Part shown: positions 28,044-37,185 of the stretch, piece after piece
Layout of the letters: each line of letters opens with the position of its first letter
How positions within the stretch are numbered: position 1 is the first letter of the stretch
Origin: Anaerolineae bacterium
GTDB lineage: Bacteria > Chloroflexota > Anaerolineae > Anaerolineales > UBA4823
Reading direction: 5' to 3'
NCBI GenBank assembly: GCA_037439525.1
Contig: JBBIVW010000008.1
Location: 884 to 64,883 of the forward strand
DNA: 64,000 nt
The notes under the pieces: generated by a model
Database searches by the model: none
Seen by the model: only the letters and a program-made list of their open reading frames with translations
Told to the model about the DNA's origin: nothing
Program-made: the position numbers and the translations under genes

Positions 28044-30473
28044 TTAGTTCCTGAGCACTTTCCCGGTGTTAAGCAAGTTCCACATGCGCTCCTGCGTTTT
28101 TTGTTCACCACACAGGGATAGGAAGGCTTCGCGCTCTAAGTCCAGGAAGTATTGCTCTTCCATCCAGGCAGGTTGGCTTAGCTCTCCACCGGTAAGCACA
28201 CCAGCCAGCTTCCTCGCAATGTGCGCTTCATATTCGGTAATGTACTTGCCTTCCTTCATCATGTGAATACCTACTTTCATGGCTGCCAGAGCATCCCTAC
28301 CCGCCGCGTAAATCTTTTCGGGAAGGGGTGGGTGGTAGCCTGTAGTCGCCATGTGAAGCACTTCTTTCTTGGCTTCGCTGAGCAGGTAATCGCGATGCAT
28401 AACGATACGATCGCAGGGGCTCAAAATACCAAACTGCCTGGCTTCTTCGGCGCTGGTGGCTACCTTTCCCAAGCCTATCTGCTCAAACAGGCGTTGGAGC
28501 ACGGGGAGGGCTTCGACGTTTGGGGTGCGCATACAGGGATTGAGCACACGGCGCAACATCTCTTTCGTGCCACCGCCTGCCGGGATAACGCCTGCGCCTA
28601 CTTCCACCAAGCCCGCATAAAGTTCACCCGAAGCCACGACGCGGTTGCCGCTCATGATCACTTCCGCGCCACCTCCCAAAGCCATCCCCGCCGGAGCAAC
28701 CACGACGGGTTTGGGGAAATAGCGCACGCGCATGAGCATGTCTTGCATGTTCTTGACCATTGCTTCGAGTTGTTCCCATTGCCCACTTTGCGCGTTCATC
28801 ACCACCAAGAAGAGGTTAGCCCCAGCGCTAAAATGCTCCCCCTCGTTACCGATCACTAACCCAGCCCATTGGTTATCCGTTTCAACCAGATCCATGCCTT
28901 CCTGCAAGATGCTGAAAATGTCCACATCCAAGGCGTTCATCTTGGTGTGAAATTCCACACAGGCAACACCATCTCCCATATCAATCAAGTCTGCGCCTGC
29001 GTTCTTTTTGAGCACCTTGCCTGCGCTCTTCAACTCGTGCAGAAAGATCAGCGAAGGTGGGCGTTCAATAGGTTGATAATCGCCTTTCGTGGGGTTATAC
29101 ACCGCGACCCTGACGCCGTTCTTCACCAGATAGAAAGATTCCTTACCACGGGCAAGCATCTCCTCCACCCATGCTGCGGGTGGGAACCCCGCGGCTTTCA
29201 TCGCCTCCGCGGTTTCTTTCACGCCAAGCATGTCCCAGGTCTCGAACGGTCCTGCTTCGCGGCCAAAGCCCCAGCGCATGGCATCATCAATTGGCTTGGG
29301 GGTATCGGCAACTTCGGGAATGCACTCCGAAGCATACGCCAGGCTTTGATAGGTCAGTGCACGCACCAACTGACCTGCTCGATCCTCTGCAGCCAGAAGC
29401 ACCTTCAACCGCTCGCCAAGGTGTTCTTTGTCTTTTACTTTGCCGATAGACTCGAAACGCACCTTTTGGGGAGGGGTGTACTCCAAAGTTTGGAAGTTCA
29501 AAGCCCAAAATTCCTTGCTTCCGTCTTCGGTGCGCACCTCTTTATAAAAGCCCTCTTTGGTTTTATTACCTAACGAACCACGTTCGACCAACTTCCCAAT
29601 CAGGGCATTCACCCTTTCCGAGCGCAAATAGCGCAAGGCATGCTCATCATGAGGGATCGCCGGTTCCAGGTTCTTGCCCACATGATGCCAGACATCGATG
29701 CCCACCAGATCGATGAGGCGAAAAGTAGCTGTCTTCGGGTTGCCAATGGGGGGACCGGTGATGGCATCCACCTCTTCGACCGTATAACCCTGTTCGAGGA
29801 TGTAATCCAACGCAAAAGCAGCGCTGCCGAACGCCAAACGATTGGCAATGAAATTGGGTGTGTCCTTTGCCGGCACAATCCCCTTTCCCAGGCGGTATTC
29901 ACCGAACCAGCTAATGAAATCCACCACTTCGGGAAGCGTATCTGGTGTGGAGATGATTTCGAGCAGTTTAAGATAACGTGGGGGGTTGAAGAAATGCGTG
30001 CCTAAAAAGTGTTGGCGGAACCCCTCGGACATGCCCTGCGCGATCGACGCCACCGGAATACCCGAAGTATTGGTGGATACGATGGTATGAGGCTTGCGCA
30101 CCTGATCGATGCGGCTCATTAACTTGCGCTTGATTTCCAGGTTTTCGACAATCGCTTCGATCACCCAATCCGCTTCACCTACGGCGGAAAAGTCATCTTC
30201 CAGGTTTCCCGTCGAAACTAGAGAGGCGTGATCGGGGGTGAAAAAGCTCGCCGGGCGCGATTTCAAGGCGCGTTCCAAGCCCTGTTGGACAATGCGATTG
30301 CGCACCGCAGCATCTGCCAAACTCATCCCCTTGGCTTCTTCCTCTGAGGTAAGTTGGTTGGGGACAATATCAAGTAACGTCACGCGCACCCCAGCATTTG
30401 CCAGGTGAGCGGCGATAGCTGCACCCATCGTCCCTGCTCCGATGACCACTGCTTTATGTATTCGGTAATTCAT
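28044..30473 (-). CDS. fadN: 3-hydroxyacyl-CoA dehydrogenase / enoyl-CoA hydratase fusion (FadN-type domain order)
   Basis: N-terminal VIGAGTMGAAIAAHLA Rossmann fold and 3HCDH domains. C-terminal crotonase region ALGGGAEV. 809 aa. Confidence 0.9.
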   Translation of the reverse strand: MNYRIHKAVVIGAGTMGAAIAAHLANAGVRVTLLDIVPNQLTSEEEAKGMSLADAAVRNRIVQQGLERALKSRPASFFTPDHASLVSTGNLEDDFSAVGEADWVIEAIVENLEIKRKLMSRIDQVRKPHTIVSTNTSGIPVASIAQGMSEGFRQHFLGTHFFNPPRYLKLLEIISTPDTLPEVVDFISWFGEYRLGKGIVPAKDTPNFIANRLAFGSAAFALDYILEQGYTVEEVDAITGPPIGNPKTATFRLIDLVGIDVWHHVGKNLEPAIPHDEHALRYLRSERVNALIGKLVERGSLGNKTKEGFYKEVRTEDGSKEFWALNFQTLEYTPPQKVRFESIGKVKDKEHLGERLKVLLAAEDRAGQLVRALTYQSLAYASECIPEVADTPKPIDDAMRWGFGREAGPFETWDMLGVKETAEAMKAAGFPPAAWVEEMLARGKESFYLVKNGVRVAVYNPTKGDYQPIERPPSLIFLHELKSAGKVLKKNAGADLIDMGDGVACVEFHTKMNALDVDIFSILQEGMDLVETDNQWAGLVIGNEGEHFSAGANLFLVVMNAQSGQWEQLEAMVKNMQDMLMRVRYFPKPVVVAPAGMALGGGAEVIMSGNRVVASGELYAGLVEVGAGVIPAGGGTKEMLRRVLNPCMRTPNVEALPVLQRLFEQIGLGKVATSAEEARQFGILSPCDRIVMHRDYLLSEAKKEVLHMATTGYHPPLPEKIYAAGRDALAAMKVGIHMMKEGKYITEYEAHIARKLAGVLTGGELSQPAWMEEQYFLDLEREAFLSLCGEQKTQERMWNLLNTGKVLRN

Positions 30474-30812
30474 CTGGCCTCCTTATTGATCATGCTAATT
30501 TCTCACATCACTTGCCTATAAAGTCGAAGTTTCACCAGCTGTAACCAACCAGCAGGTACTCCATGCCATGGCGTAACAGCAAAAGCCAGCTTCTGGATAG
30601 AGACCTCTGGCCTCTATCCACTTCTGCCACACCAAAGTTGCTTCCTAACGGATTCCGCGCTCAGGCAAAAGCATTTGCCTCCGAGAAGCTCTCAAAAGGC
30701 AACCTACGAGTTCGTTATACAACCCCACAATACTGCTCTATTCGGGAGAACAACGCCCTCCAGCGTAAACCTTGCTTACATGAGATGAGTTCCGCCGAGG
30801 TATTAATGTGCC

Positions 30813-31706
30813 TTACTGTGGCACATACACCATGAAATCGTCGAAGAGCGCTTCATAGATATAGTTCCCTCGCGTGCCCACAGCCAGTCCCACGGAACCC
30901 GCAGAAAACTCCGTGTCCTGAACCGAAACCAGAAAATGTCCGTTGGCATACAAGGAAAGGGTAGCTCCAAGGCACTCTGCGACAATCGTATTCGGCATAG
31001 CTCCAGTATACACTCTCCCTGTAGTATCCTGTGCTTCATAGAGGAAAGCCAGGTTTCCAGCTTTTTGCTTGGCAATGCCATAGCGGCCATCTGAGCCTAC
31101 ATACAACAGGTAGTAGTTGCTCCCATTCATAAAGCGACACACTACACCGTAATACCCTTCAAATGGTCCGCTTACCCAACTGCCGGTGACCTGAATGCGC
31201 ACGTTGACAAAAGGCTGCCCATGCACGCTCCAAACAGCATCGTTCTCCACCTTATTGGTGATCTGATAGCCTCCCCGGGTAAAGCGGAACTCCACCTGGT
31301 CATACTTACCGGTTACCCAGCCTGAGCGGTACGAAAAATCGTCCGCTAAAGCCAGGACAAAGCCCGGCGTTGGGGAAGGAGTGCTGGTAGCCGTTTCGGT
31401 TGGCGTAGGGGTGTCAGTGGGAAGAGGGGTGTCCGTTGGCGTCGGCGTATCAGTAGGCGGGAGGGTGCTCGTGGGCGGAAATGTCTCGGTAGGAGAGGGG
31501 TATGCTTCAGGTGCCAGTGATTCCAGTGTATCGGTAGGGCTTGGCGCATTTAAGGTCAATTCCGCGACGATGGTTTGTGCCGCCTGGGTAAAGAGAGCAT
31601 TCAGGTCCTGCGTCGGTGCAGCCGCGGGGAACATCTGGCAACTCGTCAGCAGGAGCACCATAGTGCCGGCCAGAATACTAAGGGATGTACATTTTCGCGC
31701 CTTCAT
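30813..31706 (-). CDS. lipoprotein with Pro/Thr linker and jelly-roll (LamG/DUF1080-like) domain
   Basis: SD ggagagg precedes ATG 31706. Lipobox LLLTSC. Linker TPTPTDTPLPTDTPTPTETATSTPSPTP. The C-terminal beta-rich domain contains YYGVVCRFMNGSNYYLLYVGSDGRYG. Confidence 0.6.
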   Translation of the reverse strand: MKARKCTSLSILAGTMVLLLTSCQMFPAAAPTQDLNALFTQAAQTIVAELTLNAPSPTDTLESLAPEAYPSPTETFPPTSTLPPTDTPTPTDTPLPTDTPTPTETATSTPSPTPGFVLALADDFSYRSGWVTGKYDQVEFRFTRGGYQITNKVENDAVWSVHGQPFVNVRIQVTGSWVSGPFEGYYGVVCRFMNGSNYYLLYVGSDGRYGIAKQKAGNLAFLYEAQDTTGRVYTGAMPNTIVAECLGATLSLYANGHFLVSVQDTEFSAGSVGLAVGTRGNYIYEALFDDFMVYVPQ

Positions 31707-32100
31707 TTTTCCTCTCCTTCTCATCAGCTCTGATTTTCGCCTGACTCGCCTTCGTTCAGAATGGGGGTGCTTCGATTGCTCGAGGTAATCGTTGCTGCCC
31801 GACACGGCGGTCAGGACAAGTCCACGCATATAGTTTAACGAGCTTACCCATAAAGGTCAAGGTGCATCTGCTACGATGTAGAGCTGAGTGTTTTGCCTGC
31901 ACTACAACCTACGCTCGATAGAGCAGTCCGCACAGAATGAATCCCTTCTATATGGAGAGAGAAACCAGCAGATAAGCCCAGCGCGTTGCATTGAGGCGAA
32001 CTCGGATGTGGCGATGTTAAGGTGCAATAGAACTTCGAGCTGCCCGGAGATATGGCTCCTGAAACAGAGCCGGGGCATCAGCTCATGCGAACGTGGACGA

Positions 32101-33354
32101 CTAGCGTAATTCGCGCCCGGAATAACCTAGGACATTGCGTGCCACGATCAGGCGGTTGATTTGCCCTGTACCTTCGTAGATATCGGTGATCTTCGCATCG
32201 CGGAACCATTTCTCCAACAGATGATCACGCGAATATCCAATTGGTCCCATCAGCTCCACGGCGCGTTGGGTGATCTTGGTGACGACATCTCCCGCGCGCA
32301 CTTTTGCCATGGAGGCTTCCAGAGGGTTGGGCTTGCGATTATCTGCCATCCACACGGCTTTGATCACCAGTAACCAGGCAGAGCGAAGCATGACCTCCAT
32401 GTCTATGATTTCTCGCTCGATGTTGGTCAACTTCTGACGAGGCAAACCATAGCGGATCGTCACACCCTGTTGCGCTAATAGCTCTTTGAGCAGCTCCAAC
32501 GAGGCGCGGGCTACGCCAACACCGGTGGCAGCGACAAGCGGACGAGTAGCATCGAAGGTTGCCATGGCGCTCTTGAAGCCCTTTTTATCCTCCTGAGGCA
32601 CTACCTCGGGGCTGCCCAGCAAGTTTTCGAAAGGCACGCGCGCGTCTTGCAAAACAATTGACGCCGTGTCGCTGGCACGAATGCCCATTTTATGTTCCAG
32701 CTTAGTCACCTTGACGCCCGGAGTACCCGCTTCAACTACGAAAGAACGCATGCCAGCCCGGCCCGCCTTTGGGTCGATGGTTGCCCAGACGACGACAAAA
32801 CCATCGCTCAGCTCTAAAGATTTGTGCCCCGCGGTAACAAAGATCTTCTCCCCATTGAGGATCCACTCCTTTGTTTTGGGGTCCAATACCGCGGTGGTGC
32901 GGATGGCAGAAGTATCCGATCCCGCCTGAGGTTCGGTCATCGCCATAGCGCCAAATGTGGGCTTTTCTGCGGCGAAGCGCGCCAGGAACTTTTGCTTTTG
33001 TTCCGGCGTGCCCGAGGCTTCCACCGCGGCAGCCCCCAGCCCGCCCCCTGGGGTGCACAGGTACATGCCCACATCTCCCCAGCACAGCGTTTCCAACATA
33101 AACGCCAGTGACTGATAACCAATTGGCGGGCGTTTCTGTTCCTCTTCCCCTTCTTTGGGTTTTCTTTCCTTCGGGGCGAGCGAGCCCGCGCCCGTGGCGC
33201 GCATCGCCATGTGCATGAAGTTAATGTAATCCCAGGGGACTTCATGTTCGTGTTCATCGAAATACCGCGAAACCGGGCGCATCATGTTCTCCGCCACGGT
33301 CTTCAAGGCAACGCTTTGTTGTGCGATGGGTTTTGGGGGTTCAAACTCGATCAT
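32101..33354 (-). CDS. acyl-CoA dehydrogenase (catalytic Glu present)
   Basis: C-terminal RDAKITDIYEGTGQINRLIVAR carries the canonical YEGT catalytic base. 417 aa. Confidence 0.9.
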   Translation of the reverse strand: MIEFEPPKPIAQQSVALKTVAENMMRPVSRYFDEHEHEVPWDYINFMHMAMRATGAGSLAPKERKPKEGEEEQKRPPIGYQSLAFMLETLCWGDVGMYLCTPGGGLGAAAVEASGTPEQKQKFLARFAAEKPTFGAMAMTEPQAGSDTSAIRTTAVLDPKTKEWILNGEKIFVTAGHKSLELSDGFVVVWATIDPKAGRAGMRSFVVEAGTPGVKVTKLEHKMGIRASDTASIVLQDARVPFENLLGSPEVVPQEDKKGFKSAMATFDATRPLVAATGVGVARASLELLKELLAQQGVTIRYGLPRQKLTNIEREIIDMEVMLRSAWLLVIKAVWMADNRKPNPLEASMAKVRAGDVVTKITQRAVELMGPIGYSRDHLLEKWFRDAKITDIYEGTGQINRLIVARNVLGYSGRELR

Positions 33355-33398
33355 TTTCCATTCTCCACAAATGAATCACTCGCTTTTTATTCGACGCA

Positions 33399-34493
33399 TT
33401 AGACTATGGTCAATCCTGTAAACGTAGCAATGCCACGCCCATTGCGCATCCATAGTTCAACCGGATGCTCCCGAATGTAGCCGTGCCCGCCTAAAATCTG
33501 CACAGCGCGATCGGTGACCATCATCGCCATGTCGGTAGCGCCAGTAAGCGCCAGGTACGCCTGTTTGCTGGCTTCTTCCTTTCCTTGATCCAACATCCAG
33601 GCAGCTTCCCAGGTGAGCAGGCGGATGGCCTCGATTTCCGTAGCCATCTCGGCGAGCATAAACGCGATTGCCTGCTTCTGCGCCACTTTCACGCCAAAGA
33701 CCTCGCGCTCTTTGGCATAATCGCGCGCGTATTCGAACGCGGCACGCGAAACGCCAACTGCCATGGCAGCTAAGGCAACGCGCGAGGCATCCAGGATGGC
33801 AGCAAAGTCGTGTCCCTCTGCGCCTCCCAGGCGTGCCTCCTTAGGGACACGCACCTCGTTCAGGGTGAGCTTATAGAGTGGTAAGGCGTTCACTCCCATG
33901 AGCTTCGCGCGCGCCTCAACTTCCAAACCGGGCATGCCTTTTTCGACGATGAAGCCCTGCGTCTTCCCCGCCAGGCTGGCATACACCAACATGGCTTCTG
34001 CTTCAGGGGCAAAAGGTACGAAGGTCTTCTCCCCTGAGAGCATATACGCATCTCCATCTTCCACCGCTGTGGTGCGCAGCTCATGCGGGTCAAAGTCAAA
34101 ATATGGTTCGATGAATGCCGCGGTAAAAGGTTTCCACTGCGCTTCCACAATGCCTGGAAGGTATTTTTGCTTCTGCGCCTCGCTGCCCACCAGAGCAATG
34201 GGCATGGCAAATAAACCTGGGGTCAGGACAGCCATCGCCCCCGCCAGATCGCCATAGGCCATTTCCTCGGCCGCCAACACCCCGGTAACCGCAGATCGCT
34301 CGCCGAAGCCGCCATAATCCTCTGGGATAGAGGCTTGCAATAACCCCAATTCCCAGCCTTTTTCGATCAGCGGGCGAGGCCATTCCGCTTCTTCATCTGC
34401 GTCATGCGCTTTGAGGCGCAAATCGTTCAATGCATAGCGGTTCACGGCTTCGATCAACATTTTTTGCTCTTCCGACGGTTCGAAAGAATACAT
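33399..34493 (-). CDS. acyl-CoA dehydrogenase-fold protein lacking the canonical C-terminal catalytic Glu
   Basis: The ACAD fold runs throughout. The C-terminus reads MRNGRGIATFTGLTIV, where YEGT is expected (Glu replaced by Thr in my alignment). Confidence 0.85.
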   Translation of the reverse strand: MYSFEPSEEQKMLIEAVNRYALNDLRLKAHDADEEAEWPRPLIEKGWELGLLQASIPEDYGGFGERSAVTGVLAAEEMAYGDLAGAMAVLTPGLFAMPIALVGSEAQKQKYLPGIVEAQWKPFTAAFIEPYFDFDPHELRTTAVEDGDAYMLSGEKTFVPFAPEAEAMLVYASLAGKTQGFIVEKGMPGLEVEARAKLMGVNALPLYKLTLNEVRVPKEARLGGAEGHDFAAILDASRVALAAMAVGVSRAAFEYARDYAKEREVFGVKVAQKQAIAFMLAEMATEIEAIRLLTWEAAWMLDQGKEEASKQAYLALTGATDMAMMVTDRAVQILGGHGYIREHPVELWMRNGRGIATFTGLTIV

Positions 34494-34510
34494 ATGACAC
34501 TCTCCTTCCT

Positions 34511-35578
34511 CTAATTTCTTTTGAAAAGTGGTTTTTCTGCGGCACGGTAATAGATGGGCACACGCCCACGGCCGTTTTCGATATCGCCCAGGTTGTCGAT
34601 GGCGAGCCAGCCACGCTGGTGCAGATATTCCACGTGTGCACCGGCCTCTTCGAGGGCGAGCAAAACTTCATACCCATGTACTTCGCCAAACAAAGTGTGG
34701 GAAACCTCAGCTATGGTGTGCGCCTGCTGCAAGTAGTCGCTCACCGCGATCAATCGTTGGCGGTGCAGGTTTTGAATTTCTTCCAGCCTTGCAGCCAGGT
34801 CGGTGATAGGCTGGTTGTGGCCTCCTAAAGTCAGACGCACACCTTGCACCCAGCTCTTCAACTTCTCCAGGGACTCCAGGTAATGGCTCAGGCCAGTGTG
34901 ATGCGTCAGGCTTTCCGGCGCCTGATGCGGGCTAATCGCGGATAGAACATGGTCGCCGCTGAAAAGCAAGTCGTGCAGGCGGATGACCACATGGCCCGCA
35001 CAATGCCCAGGCACATGCAACATTTCAAAAGGTCCCAGACGCATACCTATAGTTTCATACGTGAAGTCCACACCTACCGAGCGATACATGCTTTTGAGTA
35101 GTTGATACATCTCAACCAGTTTGCGCGTACCCTCCGGAGACACTCCAGCTTCCAGTAAAAAAGCCTCTAATCGTTTTGCCACGACTACCACACGCTCTTC
35201 AAAGTTGGTTAGAACGCGCTGGTCGAGCTCATGCACGCCTACTTGTGCGGCGGAATGTTGGCGCAAAAAGGTGAGGCCGCCAAAGTGATCGATATGTCCA
35301 TGGGTGATCAGGATGTGGGTCAAATCGGAAAAGCTTAGCTTTCGCCCGAGAATCTCCGAGACATGTTGAAATCCCTCTTCAAGGTGTTGGTTGGAATCCC
35401 CTATCCCCGAGCCGGCATCGATCAAGACGCACATCTCGCCCAGGTGTGCATCTTGAACCAGCACAAGGTACACCCAGCCCCACAACCCGGGGAACTCTAA
35501 CACGGGGATTTGGAACACCTGTGCGTTTGCAGCACTGTAAAACACGTTGACTTGTGGAGACAGGGGTTGACTAAACAT
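34511..35578 (-). CDS. MBL-fold metallo-hydrolase
   Basis: ITHGHIDHFGG (HxHxDH). ATG 35578 overlaps the TetR stop by 8 nt. Confidence 0.8.
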   Translation of the reverse strand: MFSQPLSPQVNVFYSAANAQVFQIPVLEFPGLWGWVYLVLVQDAHLGEMCVLIDAGSGIGDSNQHLEEGFQHVSEILGRKLSFSDLTHILITHGHIDHFGGLTFLRQHSAAQVGVHELDQRVLTNFEERVVVVAKRLEAFLLEAGVSPEGTRKLVEMYQLLKSMYRSVGVDFTYETIGMRLGPFEMLHVPGHCAGHVVIRLHDLLFSGDHVLSAISPHQAPESLTHHTGLSHYLESLEKLKSWVQGVRLTLGGHNQPITDLAARLEEIQNLHRQRLIAVSDYLQQAHTIAEVSHTLFGEVHGYEVLLALEEAGAHVEYLHQRGWLAIDNLGDIENGRGRVPIYYRAAEKPLFKRN

Positions 35579-36152
35579 GCGCTGCTCCTGGGCGCGCCAA
35601 CAAACCAAAGAGGTACAGTTCGGCAATCTGATGCGCAATTTGAGTGGGCGAAAGTTGGCCCTCTGGACGGTACCATGTGATCGTCCAATTCAATGTGCCC
35701 AACAAAGCGCGCGAGATCAAGGACACATCCGCGCAGTTGAATATTCCCTGGCTCTTTCCCTCTAAAATCAAATCCCGCCACAAGCTCTCAAAGCGGTCCC
35801 TTCTTGGGATGTGGCGGGATCGAAACTCAGGCTCCAAAGAGCGGTGCTCCAGCAAAAGCACCGAGGCCAGGTCGCGGTGTTCCAGCATGGTCAGCAGATA
35901 CACCTCGATCGCCAGGCGCAGTTTATCATCCGGGGCGAGAGGCTGTTGCATCACATGGTGCATCTTTTCGATGAGCAAGTCCAGCGCCTGATCGAGTACC
36001 CCAACCAGGAGCTCTTGCTTGCTGGAGACGTGATGATACAGGCTGGCTTTTTGCAGGTTCACCGCCTGGGCAATATCCTGCATGGAAGTGCCATGGAAGC
36101 CCTTCTGGCTGAAGATTTGAGCAGCAGCTTCGAGGATTTCGTCGCGGGTCAT
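35571..36152 (-). CDS. TetR/AcrR-family regulator (FadR-like, heads the beta-oxidation cluster)
   Basis: N-terminal HTH FHGTSMQDIAQAVNLQKASLYHHVSSKQEL. 193 aa. Confidence 0.9.
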   Translation of the reverse strand: MTRDEILEAAAQIFSQKGFHGTSMQDIAQAVNLQKASLYHHVSSKQELLVGVLDQALDLLIEKMHHVMQQPLAPDDKLRLAIEVYLLTMLEHRDLASVLLLEHRSLEPEFRSRHIPRRDRFESLWRDLILEGKSQGIFNCADVSLISRALLGTLNWTITWYRPEGQLSPTQIAHQIAELYLFGLLARPGAAHV

Positions 36153-36160
36153 GGATTTTC

Positions 36161-36180
36161 CCTACCGACCGTTCGGTAGG
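36161..36180. promoter_or_regulatory. perfect 8-4-8 palindrome 9 nt upstream of the TetR start (operator or SD-masking hairpin)
   Basis: cctaccga-ccgt-tcggtagg. On the coding strand it covers the only SD-like sequence (ggtaggga). Confidence 0.45.
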
Positions 36181-36590
36181 CTCGGCATATAGAATACCAA
36201 AAGGAGGTGAGGATGTCAAGGCTTTTTTTGGTTTTCAAGCCGCCAAATAAAGATTATCTACCCCCACCCATAAGCAACGGGGACACCAAATTCCAAATCA
36301 GATAAGCAACAAGAACCAGCATGATCGTCCAGATGAAACAGGAAACCGAAGCCCAAATCTGCGATTAACAATTCCCGCGGCGGTTAGATTGGGCTGGCTG
36401 GCATCCGGAAACGTGTCCAGCGGACGATGGGCTAAGTTTCTCTCTCTGAGAGACGTGCGGATATTGTTCAGGATGAACCCTAATATGCCAGCAGCAATGA
36501 TGCCATACACAAATCCGCATCTAAATGTGTCCGCCATCTATTGTTCTCCCTTGAAGCGTGCACTTTACGCTTGACACGAGTCTGATTCTA

Positions 36591-36599
36591 TGTGTTATA
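36591..36599 (+). promoter_or_regulatory. candidate extended -10 (TGtTATAAT) 10 nt before ATG 36610, implying a leaderless or near-leaderless mRNA
   Basis: tgttataat, then ttagaacgt, then atg. There is no SD between them. Confidence 0.4.
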
Positions 36600-36609
36600 A
36601 TTAGAACGT

Positions 36610-36942
36610 ATGTCCTATAAAAAGGCGACCTTCGAAGAAGCGCTTAGGATCGGAAGCTATTTTGATTGGATCACACCTGGCTTCGCCTTTCTCAAAGACC
36701 TGATTTCGGGGCCCTCCGCTCACTTTGGTGTTCCAGCAAATATCCCATATCGCCGCAGTGACCTCAAAGCTCTACTGAACCATTTTGGCATCCATGTTTG
36801 GGGCATGATGTATGATCTCAGAGAAGACATCCTCATGTTCACTGATAAGAAAAGAGAGGTCGAAAAAGCCTATCGAATTCTCCTCATGGCGGGTATTCCT
36901 GTGTATTATGCTCCGATTGATCCTCCAGATTTTTACATTTAA
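36610..36942 (+). CDS. hypothetical protein
   Basis: 110-aa ORF in an AT-richer patch. No family recognised. Confidence 0.5.
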   Translation: MSYKKATFEEALRIGSYFDWITPGFAFLKDLISGPSAHFGVPANIPYRRSDLKALLNHFGIHVWGMMYDLREDILMFTDKKREVEKAYRILLMAGIPVYYAPIDPPDFYI

Positions 36943-37185
36943 TCAGAACATTTCAATTCTCGAAAAGCTCGCAATATCTTTAGCCAACCTACCCTACATA
37001 CATTACTTACCCTCGTTTCTCGATACAGCGTGTGTAAAATTATAGCCATTTCCAAAGAAAAGTCAATCTGATTCGAGACAGCGTATTAGCTTGGATTCCA
37101 ATGATGCCTGTTTTCATCGTCGCTTGAACGCTTTTCAATGCTATACTTAGCTGCGTTCATATCCCGACAGCTTCACTGTACATCT

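Noticed and set aside
30563-30835. 90-aa ORF in the 339-nt gap upstream of fadN.
   Set aside because: It has no SD, no recognisable motif, and overlaps the 3' end of the convergent-frame lipoprotein gene. The gap more likely holds hairpins (ggatagag...ctctatcc 30595-30619; aggcaaa-agca-tttgcct 30663-30680) and the fadN promoter.
31370-31480. Periodic short repeats in DNA (ggcgt.gg.gt.tc.gt) could suggest a repeat array.
   Set aside because: They are the antisense of a coding Pro/Thr linker (TPTPTDTPLPTDTPTPTETATSTPSPTP) inside ORF 30813..31706. They are not CRISPR or non-coding repeats.
36240-36537. ORF 36298..36537 (79 aa) starts with a convincing TM helix. A second TM-like segment (IWASVSCFIWTIMLVLVAYLIWNLVSPLLMGGGR) lies in another frame just downstream, which suggests a frameshifted two-helix membrane protein.
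   Set aside because: There is no recognisable family, no clear SD, and the two pieces are short. I cannot distinguish this from chance ORFs without comparative data.
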